A DNA stretch of 64,000 bases, taken from Leucoraja erinacea (Eukaryota). Positions 1-10,817 of this stretch are shown in pieces. The DNA is taken from the NCBI RefSeq assembly GCF_028641065.1, contig NC_073396.1, forward strand, positions 16,306,001 to 16,370,000, read 5' to 3'. Both the position numbers and the translations under genes were made by a program. The stretch's first letter is position 1. Each line of letters opens with the position of its first letter. The notes beneath the pieces are model-generated. The model made no database searches. It was not told the DNA's origin and saw only the letters and a list, made by a program, of their open reading frames with translations.

Positions 1-362
1 GTTGAGGTGCAAGTTCTCAGCAAATGACGCTTCTTCAGGGCAGAAAGGCTTGCAAGTAATCACAAGCTACAAGAGGAAACCCCCCACTCCTTGGACAATC
101 ATCAGCTGACCAACGACCTGAACGAGTTCTACTGCAGTTTCAATAAACAGAAACTTAACCCTGGTACCCCCACACCCCATCCCCAACCAACATTTCACAC
201 TTACTCACAGCCTGACTTCAGTTAGAAAAGACTAGATCATTCCCCACCTACACTTCCCCAATCACCACTTCACACCTACATAAAGCATGACTCTAGTCCG
301 CAAAGATTGGACCTTTTCCCACGCACCCCTTTCCAATCGCCACTTAACACCCACTTACAGCC
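1..362 (+). mobile_element. Rex1/Babar-type LINE fragment (region between endonuclease and RT), degenerate
   Basis: Translates, with frameshifts, to LRCKFSANDASS..KGLQVITSYKRK..LDNHQLTNDLNEFYCSF, typical of Rex1/Babar ORFs; cut by the window start. Confidence 0.7.
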
Positions 363-369
363 GGGTTTC

Positions 370-521
370 GCCCCGGTAGTGTAAATTTTCTTGTAAGTTA
401 CGTTAAAATGGCAAAAAAAAGGCTGATTTAGGTACTCAATCGTGAAAAAGACATTATCTTTCTGAAATCAACAAAAAAGGCATGAAAAGGCACATGGCAT
501 TCATGGCAAAATCCTGGCTCT
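370..521. mobile_element. Possible DNA transposon (hAT-like) terminal fragment
   Basis: Reverse complement of the right end reads TAGAGCCAGGATTTTGCC, resembling hAT-type termini; no partner end seen. Confidence 0.25.
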
Positions 522-551
522 AGTAATGTGGTAAGAAGCTCTGTGGTTAGC

Positions 552-956
552 AGATTTAGAAGATTGAGGGGGGATCTTATAGAAACTTACAAAATTCTTA
601 TGGGGTTGGACAGGCTAGATGCAGGAAGATTGTTCCCGATGTTGGGGAAGTCCAGAACAAGGGGTCACAGTTTAAGGATAAAGGGGAAATATTTTAGGAC
701 TGAGATGAGAAAAACATTTTTTACACACAGGGTGGTGAATCTCTGGAATTCTCTGCCACAGAATGTAGTTGAGGCCAGTTCATTGGCTATATTTAAGAGG
801 GAGTTAGATGTGGCCCTTGTGGCTAAAGGGATCAGGGGTATGGAGAGAAAGCAGGTGGAGTTGGATGATCAGCCATGATCATATTGAATGGCGGTGCAGG
901 CTCGAAGGGCCGAATGGCCTACTCCTGCACCTATTTTCTATGTTTCTATGTTTCTA
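552..956 (+). mobile_element. CR1 LINE 3' end (5'-truncated)
   Basis: RRLRGDLIETYKIL..RTRGHSLRI..FFTHRVVNLWNSLP C-terminal motifs; (TTTCTATG)n tail; nearly identical to the copy at 19730-20842. Confidence 0.93.
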
Positions 957-1004
957 AACTCATGAGGAGAATGTACTGAAGCAGAGGGCAAAATGGCTTG
1001 TTAT

Positions 1005-1245
1005 AGTGAGACGTAAGACTGGTGGAAGCTGGAGCAAAAAATAAACAGATGGAAGAACAGACTGAGTGATGCAGCTCCGTGGAAACAGAGAGATGGTTGA
1101 CAATTCCAGTTGGGACCCTTGTCGGTACTAAGGTATCGGAAGAGAGGAGGGTGAAGAGGTGAGATAAATATTAGATATTGGTAGGTGATTGGGGGGGGGG
1201 GGGGGGGGGGGGGGGGGCTGGTGAGGGTTGAGTGGGAGCCATGTT
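1005..1245 (-). mobile_element. Degenerate Penelope-like 3' region / terminal repeat
   Basis: Minus strand reads ..CCGACAAGGGTCCCAACTGGAATTGTC.., a decayed version of the motif at 27245; preceded by a pyrimidine-rich tract. Confidence 0.45.
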
Positions 1246-1360
1246 TCCTGAACAGTGTAGACTCCTGAAACAGAAGCCTCATAGAAATTATAGAAACCTT
1301 TGCGGAACCAGGCAAGTAAATAACATTAAGATACAGATTGCACATTATCAAACTGATTGG

Positions 1361-1603
1361 CGGGTGCTATCTGTATGTCTACGGGTGCTATCTGTATGTT
1401 CTCTCTCTGTGACTCCCTGGAGCTTCCCCGGGTGCTCTGGTTTCCTCCCACATCCCAAAGACATACAGGTTTGTAGGTTAATTGGCTTTGGTAAATTGTC
1501 CCCATTGTGTAGGATACGGCTAGTGTATGGGGATTGCTGGTCGGCGCGGACTTGGTGGGCGGAAGGTCCCGTTTCCACACTGTATCTCTACACTAAACTA
1601 AAT
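1361..1603 (+). mobile_element. HE1-like V-SINE (5'-truncated) with CR1-type tail
   Basis: V-domain CCGGGTGCTCTGGTTTCCTCCCACATCCCAAAGAC; 3' GAAGGTCCCGTTTCCACACTGTATCTCTA and (ACTAA)n tail; local 18-nt duplication at 1361/1382. Confidence 0.85.
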
Positions 1604-2267
1604 TAAAAAATTAAGGACATGTGAATGTCTCCAAAACCAAGCCAATTTCTTCTTGTACATGCCCTGACCCTGATGGAGTGGTAGAAGGAGAGTTCACTGA
1701 GATGCTCCATGTGTTTACAGGTTGTTGCAGGCAGCAGCTCATTAAGGCATCGGTGTGCTGGGCGCCAGAATCTGAGGAGGACGGCACATCTGATCATGGT
1801 CTGCCGTTCCAGGAAGTGTCCCCTAAGGGTATAATGGGAGTTTTACTACAAAGGTTCTTCTGATGTTATTTGAGTCAGAAGATGAAGAGAGATTAAAAAA
1901 AATCAATAGGACCCAATGCCAATGAGATGAAACACTTTTCATGCTTTCATTATTTCTTTTCCGCGAAATGTGCATGGATAAAGACAAAAGTGGCTTCATA
2001 ATTTAAGAGGACTGTAACACAGACAACCATGTTCTTTCCCTTTAGTCTAAAATCTTTTTGAAAACGTAAGGTGAATTTTTTACATTAACCTTAATGAATA
2101 AGCTACATACAAAGTAAAATTATTTCCTTTTTAGGTGTAGCAATTACCAATAGACCATACATAGACAGTGTACTTAGGATCTTGCGGCCATTTTGAAGAA
2201 TAAATGAGCAGCAGCACGTGGTGGACTATGGCCAAATACGCAGATTTAAAGAAGGCAAATTCATATT

Positions 2268-2894
2268 CATTGAGTATAGAAGCTGGGATGTAATGTTAAA
2301 ATTGTATAAGGCATTGGTGAGACCAAATCTGGAGTATGGTGTACAATTTTGGTCGCCCAATTATAGGAAGGATGTCAACAAAATAGAGAGAGTACAGAGG
2401 AGATTTACTAGAATGTTACCTGAGTTTCAACAACTAAGTTACAGAGATAGGTTGAATAAGTTAGGTCTTTTTTCTCCGGAGCGCAGAAGGTTAAGGGGGG
2501 ACTATCAAGTCTATCGAGGTCTTTAAAATGATGAGAGGGATAGACAGAGTTGATGTGGACAAGCTTTTCCCTTTGAGAATAGGGAAGATTCAAACAAGAG
2601 GACATGACTTCAGAATTAAGGGACAGAAGTTTAGGTGTAATATGAGGGGGAACTTCTTTACTCAGAGCGTGGTAGCGGTGTGGAATGAACTTCCAGTGGA
2701 AGTGGTGGAGGCAGGTTCATTGGTATAATTGAAAAATAAATTGGATAGGCATATGGATGAGAAGGGAATGGAGGGTTATGGTATGAGTGCAGGCAGGTGG
2801 GACTAAGGGGAAAAAAAGTTGTTCGACACGGACTTGTAGGGCCGAGATGGCCTGTTTCCGTGCTGTAATTGTTATATGGTTATATGGTTATATG
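2268..2894 (+). mobile_element. CR1 LINE 3' end, second subfamily
   Basis: LYKALVRPNLEYGVQFWSP, ERVQRRFTRM, TRGHDFRI, NFFTQSVVAVWNELP; (ATATGGTT)n tail. Confidence 0.93.
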
Positions 2895-2899
2895 TGGGT

Positions 2900-3678
2900 T
2901 GGCAGTGGGGAAAGCGAGAAGCGTCAAATACCTGGGCGTTAACATCTCAAATGACCTGTCCCGGGCCTAGCACATGGTTGTTAAGACGAAGAAGGTTTGC
3001 CAGCGCCTCTCCATTCTTTGAAGTTTAAAGGGATTTGGCATGTCATCACTAACACATGTCTACACATGCACAGTCATATAAGAGTCTGCAGAGAGGCGTG
3101 GATTCAGCCCAGTCCACCATGGGGACTGTCTTCCACATCAAAAGCACCAATATGAGGCTCCGCCTCAAGAAGGCAGCATCAATCACCAAGAATCATCACT
3201 GTCTGGGCCGTGTCCTCTTCTCGCAGGGGGTGCAGAAGTCCAACACCATCAGGTTCGGGAACAACTAATTTCCGACAACCATCAGGTTCTTGAACTGACT
3301 TGCAAACACTAATATCTCTTGCACTATAATGGTCTTGTTTTCTAATTGTAATTTTGCACGTCTTGTTTTTTGCAGTATGTTTCTTTTCACTGTCTTGCAG
3401 AATTTATGTGTAATTTATGAATAATTTATTATGTGAGTCTGTATACCAGTGATGCTACTGAAAGCAAGATTTTCAATATACTTGTACCTTATTGTACTTG
3501 TGCATTCCTTGGACGGGCACGTGGATAGGAAAGGTTTACAGGATATGGGCCAAATGTGGGCAGATGGGATGAGAGTAGATGGGGCATCTGGGTCGGCAAT
3601 GCTCAATCAAGGCCCTGTTTCTGTGTTGTAAGACACTATGACTCTCTGACTACATGACAATAAACTTAACTTGACTTA
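2900..3678 (+). mobile_element. Old Rex1/Babar LINE 3' portion, interrupted by a CR1 3' fragment (~3508-3648)
   Basis: VKYLGVNISNDLS and LKKAASII-like motifs; ends ATGACAATAAACTTAACTTGACTT; inserted piece GGATAGGAAAGGTTTAC..GGATATGGGCCAAAT is CR1 3'UTR. Confidence 0.75.
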
Positions 3679-3929
3679 TTAAAAATGCAAAAGAAGACAA
3701 TTATTGCTTCAGCTGTAGTGAGATAAAGTTGAACAGAGGCAAAATGTCTTCCCCGGCTTTGTGAATATTCCAGCCAGCCGCTCCCTGACATTCTGCTGCC
3801 TTCCATCAGTCACCTGGGTCCTCCCGTATAAATGAGATCTGCTGTCTTGTCTTTGTTGATGCATTCGTTCCACCCTGCCACTCCTCCATCCACCTGTCTA
3901 TGATCACAATCATGTATGTCAAGTATCTT

Positions 3930-4275
3930 TCAGGATTTAAACGGAAGGCCCATCTCCATTTGTTCCACATAAACCTAAAGATCCCATGGCTCAATTTCAT
4001 AGAAGAATAAATGAATCTTTTCTAGTGTCACCTTCAATATATTTTTTCCAAACAGTTTCAAAGACATACTGATTCTCTTTTCCAAGATTCTGTGTGATCT
4101 GTAATGTTCTGACATTTTCTGTTTTCTGTCTTTGTGCGGTGTTTGACCCGTGTAAATTGGCTGCTGTTTAGCTACAGTACAGAAGCTACAAAGCAAAAAG
4201 GGCCTTGATTAGTTGCAAGGCATTTAGAGATGTCGTGAACGCAGCATGAAAAATGCCACAGCAATACGTATTCCT
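3930..4275 (+). mobile_element. Ancient Deu-domain SINE (SacSINE1/AmnSINE1-like) relic
   Basis: TTAAACGGAAGGCCCATCTC..AAAGATCCCATGGCTCAATTTCATAGAAGA..GTGTCACCTTCAATAT resembles the Deu core as I recall it; followed by an L2-like tail. Confidence 0.55.
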
Positions 4276-5112
4276 CTTTATATCTGACAGAATGCAGACA
4301 TGTGAGCTGCTCCCTTCCATGACTCCTCTTACTCTTTGCAAGGGGATCTATATATCAAATGAATCTATGAGAATTTTACAGCAAAGCACAGTGTGCAAGA
4401 CTTTTTAAACCTCAACGCAACATATTCACTGCCTAACCCATCAAGTTCCCAATGACTGCCAGGCACGTATGAGTTGCAGCTTTCTACCAGCCAACAAACA
4501 AGTGTCCATTTTCAATCCCTGTTATAATACACTAGGGTGCATGCCTTTGAAACACCAACACATGCCATGACACACTAGTGCATTGTACCCCATTGCCTCT
4601 GGTGATTAAAGAACTCATGCAGGAACAATTTCTCAATTACACCGAGTAACCAAAGGCACACCAATATTATACAAAATGATGTATTTTGATCTTCGGGCTG
4701 AATTGCAAATACACAGCAGCATGCTTTACAGCTGTCATGTAAACGCAAACCTGCTTTCATAGAAACGGAAGGCTTTCATTAACCCCACTCACTCAACAAT
4801 TTCTCCTGCACACCATTCCCAAATACATGTTAAAGATTTTTTTACATTCTATTCCTTCTTCTTGAGTCAGTGGTTGATTGGCGAGATTCCAGTGGGTAAG
4901 TTGAGGATATCATCCGTCTCTGGCTGCCTTTGGCAGCGCGATTAAAAATTAATGTGATATTCTTTAGGCAATGCTGTGATAATTAGAGGCACCTTCTGAA
5001 GAGAAGCACAGTGCTAGCGGGCAAGCTTTATTGATGATTTTGCTGCTAATCCATCCATGACAACACCGGGAGAGAGTGACAGCAACTCCATATATATAGC
5101 ATCTTTAACATA

Positions 5113-7377
5113 CAGTGCCATCCATAATGTTTGGAACAAAGACCCATCATTTACTTATTTGCCTCTGTACTCCACAATTTGTAATATGTAATAGATAAAA
5201 ATCACAGGTGGATAAAGTGCACATTGTCAGATTTTATTAAAGGCCATTTTTATACATTTTGGTTTCACCATGTAGAAATTATTTATACATAGTCCCCCCC
5301 CCCATATCAAGGCACCATAATGTTTGGGACACATGGATTCACAAGTGTTTGTACTTGTTCAGGTGTGTTTAATTGCCTCCTTAATGCAGGCATAAGAGAG
5401 CTCTCAGCTTCAGTCTTTCCATCAACTTTGGAAACTTTTATTGTTGTTTATCAACACGAGGACCAAAGTTGTGCCAATGAAAGTAAAATAAGCCATTATG
5501 AGACTGAGAGACAAGAATAAAACTGTTAGAGACATCAGCCAAACTTTAGGCTTACCAAAATAAACTGTTTGGAACATCATTAAGAAGAAAGAGAGCACCA
5601 GTGAGCTTACTAATCGCAAAGGGACTGGCAGTCCAAGGAAGACATCCACAGCTGATGACAAGAATTCTCTCTATAATAAAGAAAAATCCCCAAACTCCTG
5701 TCTGACAGATCAGAAACACTCTTCAGGAGTCAGGTGTTGATTTGTCAATGATCACTGTCTGCAGAAGACTTCATGAACAAAAATACAGAGGCTACACTGG
5801 AAGATGCAAACCACCGGTTAGCCGCAAAAATAGGATGGCCAGGTTACAGTTTGCCACAAAGTACTTAAAAGAGCAACCACAGTTCTGGAAAAGATCTTGT
5901 GGACAGATGAGACGAAGATCAACTTATATCCGAGTGATGGCAAGAGCAAAGTATTGAGAAGATAAGGAACTGCCCAAGATCCAAAGCATACCACCTCATC
6001 TGTGAAACACGGTGGTGGGGGTGTTATGGCCTGGGCATGTATGGGTGCTGAAGGTACTGGCTCACTTATCTTCATTGATGATACAACTGCTGATAGTAGT
6101 AGCATAATGAATTCTGAAGTGTATAGACGCATCCTATCTGCTCAAGTTCAAACAAATGCCTCAAAACTCATTGGCCGGTGGTTCATTCTGCAGCAAGACA
6201 ATGATCCTAAACATAAAGCAACAAAGGAGTTTTTCAAACCTAAAAAATGATCAAGTCAATCACCTATCTGAACCCAATTGAGCATGCCTTTTATATGCTG
6301 AAGAGAAAACTGAAGGGGACTAGCATAAGCTAAAGATGGCAGCAATACAGGCCTGGCAGAGCATCACCAGAGAAGACACCAGATGGTGCCAGCGCAATAA
6401 CCTGGCCCTCAACACCAGCAAAACCAAGGAACTGATTGTGGACTTTGCAAGGAGTAGGAGGGGGACCCACAGCCCAATTTTTATCAACGGGTCGATAGTT
6501 GAAAGGGTCAAGAGCTTCAAATTTCTGGGCGTGCACATCTCTGAAGATCTTTCCTGGTTCGAGAACACTAATGCAATAATCAAGAAAGCTCATCAGCGCC
6601 TCTATTTCCTGAGAAGATTACGGAGAGTTGGATTGTCAAGGAAGACTCTCTCTAACTTCTACAGGTGCACAGTAGAGAGCATGTTGACTGGTTGCATCGT
6701 GGCTTGGTTCGGCAATTTGAGCGCCCTGGAGAGGAAAAGACTACAAAAAGTAGTAAACACTGCCCAGTCCATCATCGGCTCTGACCTTCCTTCCATCGAG
6801 CAAATTTATCGCAGTCGCTGCCTCAAAAAGGCTGGCAGTATCATCAAAGACCCACACCATCCAGGCCACACACTCATCTCCTTGCTACCTTCAGGTAGAA
6901 GGTACATGAGCCTGAAGATTGCAACAACCAGGTTCAGGAATAGCTACTTCCCCACAGCCATTAGGCTATTAAACCTGGCTCGGACAAAACTCTGATTATT
7001 AATAACCAATTTTCTGTTATTTGCACTTCATCAGTTTTTTTATTCATGTGTGTATATATTTTTAAATCATGGTATATGGACACACTTATCTGTTCTGTAG
7101 TAAATGCCTACTATGTTCTGTGTGCTGAAGCAAAGCAAGAATTTCATTGTCCTATACAGGGACAACTGGTGATGTCCATGAATCGCAGACTTCAAGTAGT
7201 CATTGCATGCAAAGGATATGCAACAAAATACTAAATGTGACTACTTTCATTTACATGACTTTGCTATGTCCCAAACATTATGGTGCCCTGAAATGGGGGG
7301 ACTATGTATAAACACTGCTGTACAGAGGCAAATAAATAAATGATGGGTCTTTGCCCCAAACATTATGGAGGGCACTG
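5113..7377 (+). mobile_element. Tc1/mariner DNA transposon, IR/DR type, with transposase pseudogene
   Basis: TA|CAGTGCC..GGCACTG|TA termini; direct repeat CCATAATGTTTGG(G/A)ACA twice per TIR; remnants LWTDETKINLY, KHGGGGVMAWACM, FILQQDNDPKH, LNPIEH (DDE) with stops and frameshifts. Confidence 0.95.
6381..7163 (+). mobile_element. Rex1/Babar LINE 3' portion inserted in the Tc1 transposase
   Basis: WCQRNNLALNTSKTKELIVDF, SFKFLGVHISEDLSW, KKAHQRLYFLRRL, LLPSGRRY, RFRNSYFPTAIRLLN; Tc1 sequence resumes at CAACTGGTGATGTCCATGAATCGC. Confidence 0.93.
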
Positions 7378-7867
7378 TAGCTGGACAACTCCAAGGCCCT
7401 CCACAGTAATCGTATGGAACAAAATGTGATATTAAGCAATAAAAGCACATATTAGAACAGAGACCAAAAGTTTAATGAAAGATCCAGGTTTTAAGGGGAG
7501 CCCTGACAAGTTTATTTATAGGATTGGCTCAGCCACTGTGGGAGACCAGGTAGATTTGGGACTAATCAAATGCCCAGAACAAGAAAATCTTGGAGGGCTG
7601 TAAGGGATTATGAATAGTCGGACAAGCTGATATGATAGAAACATTTTAAGATGAAGACATTGGTTACACAGGAGGACAAAGTAAATCAACCACCTAATTT
7701 ATATGTCTGGCCAACTTGGTAACACATAAGAATCACAAAATCGTACAGCATGGAAACAGGCCCATCAAGTCTACGACGATCGTCAAGCTTCCCCTTACAC
7801 CAATCCTACATTAATCCCATTTCCTTTCTTCCTCATATTCCTATCCCAATCCTCCCTTGGCCCCACC

Positions 7868-7869
<2 letters not shown>

Positions 7870-7907
<38 letters not shown>
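7870..7907. repeat. Poly-C tract
   Basis: Uninterrupted C homopolymer of about 38 nt; similar G runs at 1191-1217 and ~63818-63832. Confidence 0.9.
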
Positions 7908-7909
<2 letters not shown>

Positions 7910-8595
7910 TGGTGGCCAGCCGGCAGCGGCCCTGCTCTCTACACCACTGTGCCGTTCCATCAGAGGAGAACTTCAGCATCGTTAATATTGATAGCTCCAC
8001 TCAGTTCCTATTTGAAACATTTTCTTCACCAGAAAAATCACTACTTTCCTTTTTTTTTTTTAAACAAAACGAGTTCATTCCAAGGATGATTTATTTATCA
8101 GCTGCATATACACTATGGGATAAGAAATGCAAGAATTGCATTAAAACAGCTTTGAAAATAGCATGCCATTAAATTCTAGCCAAAAGCCAATCTGATGTTC
8201 AGGGGCATTTGGAGGATGAGGAAAAGTTGGTACAGAGCACATTTTTCCCTCTATTTCCAAATGTAAACATAGTGTTCACTAGCTGTCAAGGTAAAACATC
8301 ATGTATCTGTTACATGGGAAATAATGTTAAAAATAGAAAATATTGGAAAATACGCGGCAGGCAGACAGCATTTGTGGCGAGAGAAACAGAGTTAATGCTT
8401 CAGGTTGACCCCAGCAGATTGCAGATCCTCAGATATTGCTCAACTTGCTGAGTATTTCAACCATTTATAGATTTATATATTAGATTTCTAGCTTTTGGCT
8501 AGTAGATTAAAGAAAGGCCTCGGTCTGTTTGTTTCGGAAACTAAAACAATGTATCCCTACTCTTACTTAAATTGAAAACAAAACACCAATTTAAT

Positions 8596-8871
8596 TGTTT
8601 AAGAAGGAACTGCAGATGCTGGAAAATCGAAGGTACACAAAAATGCTGGAGAAACTCAGCGGGTGCAGCAGCATCTATGGAGCGAAGGAAATAGGCAACG
8701 TTTCAGGCCGAAACGTTGCCTATTTCCTTCGCTCCATAGATGCTGCTGCACCCGCTGAATTTTTTCCGCATTTTTGTGTACCTTCTAGGGTTTCGGCCCG
8801 AAACGTTGCCTATTTCCTTCGCTCCATAGATGCTGCTGCACCCGCTGAGTTTCTCCAGCATTTTTGTGTAC
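8596..8871. mobile_element. Penelope pLTR-derived non-autonomous element: inverted plus tandem arrangement
   Basis: 76-nt arms 8629-8704 and 8710-8785 are reverse complements around AGGCC; third direct copy from 8787; flanked by CACCAATTTAAT / CAACAATTTAAT. Confidence 0.85.
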
Positions 8872-9404
8872 CAACAATTTAATCGTCCATTTTACTCATA
8901 GACCGTGCCTTCCCCAGAGTTGTTTTGGCAGGTTTTAAACCTTGAACATAGATTCTGTGAAAGAAAAGAGTAAGTTCTGCACTACCACATATCTTCACAA
9001 GGGAGGCATTTAAACAAGGCTCCATCCCTCAGGAATACATCAAATATCATCAAATATCCTATGGCTCCATTTCAGGAGAAACCCTATCTCTAGCGTCTCA
9101 ACCAACATTCCCCTCTTTGTCAACATCACCAAGAACAGATTTTTTTGGTTATCATGTTCCCTTCTGTGGGACCTTGTTATCCACAAATTATTTGTTGTTT
9201 TCCACCATTACAACATAACTCCAGCTGCAGACCGACTGCTCCCAACTATCGGCAGGTCGTGGTCACCCGGTTGATGTCTCCCAGTGCACCTTCTGCCACG
9301 GATTTTTCCCTGTGTTAGCAGGAATATCTCACTTAGCTCGTTCCCTGTTTGCCTGAAGCCATCCCTTCAGATTGGAACGGTTATCCAAATTAATAAGGGC
9401 CCAA

Positions 9405-10157
9405 AGGGCCTGTCCCACTTAGGCGATTTTTCAGCGGACTGCCAGCAAACTGGTACGGTGAGTGTCAGAGTGGAATACACACACACACACACAAACACAT
9501 CGCAAAGGCGGGTGCCAGGGAAAGCGGGGGAGCGCTGTCTGAAATTCACATGGTGCAAAGCCAAGGTGATACAGACACACACTGCGATGAACAGGAAGGT
9601 TAAGACGGCTAGCACAGTGTATGGTAAGTCCTTTAAAAGAGGGGGGGAGGGGAGAGAGGGGGGAAGGGGGAGAAGGAGTGGAGACACTTTTAAGAAGCCA
9701 GACAACTTATAATAAGCCATAGATACACAGTTGTGAAGTTCAGCGGGCATTCAACATTACCAGTCGGTTATCGTTGGTTCTGAAAACTCATGCTTACGTT
9801 TTTTTCCCCCAATGAGCCAATGAAAATGCCCGGACAGCAAAGGCGATTAACTAAAACTACCTACGACTACCCTTAACTATATGGCAGCCTCACCACAACT
9901 GCACCTACGACTACAGGATTCTCGATTTTCTCCCTGGTGACCAATTTTTGGTCGCAGAAAATTTTTCAACATGTTGAAAAATATGCGGTGACCATACTGA
10001 GGCCGTGACTAGTTCCCAGAATGCGGGAACACCTCGCAACCATGAAGGAGACTCACCAGAGGCCACCAGCAAACATGTGGCGACCATGTGGCGATCATGA
10101 GGCGAGCGCAGAGTCTCCTGCACTCGCCTGAAAAGTTGCCAAAGTGGGACAGGCCCT
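9405..10157. mobile_element. PIF/Harbinger-type non-autonomous element (~750-bp MITE family), copy 1
   Basis: TIR AGGGCCTGTCCCACTT..AAGTGGGACAGGCCCT, TTA on the right; internal sequence homologous to 24583-25357 and 59480-60232. Confidence 0.85.
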
Positions 10158-10164
10158 TTAAGCA

Positions 10165-10330
10165 GATAAAATCTTCGCTGATGTACTAAAATGGCAAATG
10201 TTCGTGGTGTCTCTTCCATCTGTGAAGAGATCGCTTTTCAAGAAAGGAAACAAGTCTGACAGTGGTCATTACAGAGAGGACCGCTCTGTACCTTGCCACA
10301 GGGAAAATCAACATCAGGGTTCCACAAATC
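10165..10330 (+). mobile_element. Ancient RTE-clade LINE RT fragment
   Basis: SLFKKGNKSDSGHYR.. resembles the RTE motif IFKKGDRSDCGNYRGISLL..GK. Confidence 0.5.
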
Positions 10331-10579
10331 TATGTCACTTTTGGTGCAGATGAAATCAAAAAGACCAGCATCAAATCAAAGGCCAGATATAAATGGTTGG
10401 AAGACAAGTTAAATCATAACTGGTGATAATGGGACGAATGGAAGATGGAGAAAGGCAAACATTTTAATAAATGATGGTATTCAAAGGATAATCTTTAGCT
10501 GGTATAGTTCTAAAGATCTTGATTTCAATGCTTATAAGGTAGGGATGCGAAGATGTTCTGGGACTGTGTCTGTAACTTA

Positions 10580-10817
10580 TGCCCCTGTCCCACTTAGGAA
10601 ACCTGAACGGAAGCCTCAGGAGACTTTACGCCCCACCCAAGGTTTCCGTGCAGTTCCCGGAGGTTGCAGGTGGTTGCCGGAGGTTGCAGGTAGTGGAAGC
10701 AATAAGGGAGACTGACAAAAACCTCCGGGAACCGCACGGAAACCTTGGGTGGGGCACAAAGTCTCCACAGGTTTCCGTTCAGGCTTCCGTTCAGATTTCC
10801 TAAGTGGGACAGGGGCA
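10580..10817. mobile_element. Short, nearly palindromic PIF/Harbinger-type MITE
   Basis: TTA|TGCCCCTGTCCCACTTAGGAAACCTGAACGGAA..TTCCGTTCAGATTTCCTAAGTGGGACAGGGGCA|TTA; long internal inverted symmetry; 3-bp TTA TSD. Confidence 0.9.

Noticed and set aside
1621-1863. 80-aa ORF in a moderately GC-rich unique segment
   Set aside because: GTG start, no recognisable domain on either strand; cannot be supported without expression or homology data
6336-6995. 219-aa ORF as a host gene (this region is often auto-annotated as an ALKBH8 N-terminal-like domain)
   Set aside because: It is the Rex1/Babar RT C-terminus inside a Tc1; homologous decayed copies lie at 2900, 17214 and 33008
7750-8172. Polyproline ORFs here and at 1001-1351
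   Set aside because: Produced by C/G homopolymer runs whose length may be unreliable; no other coding signal
8595-8882. Repeated peptide and repeat-spacer appearance (CRISPR-like or repeat protein)
   Set aside because: Inverted and tandem copies of a Penelope terminal repeat; no unique spacers, no cas genes, eukaryotic context
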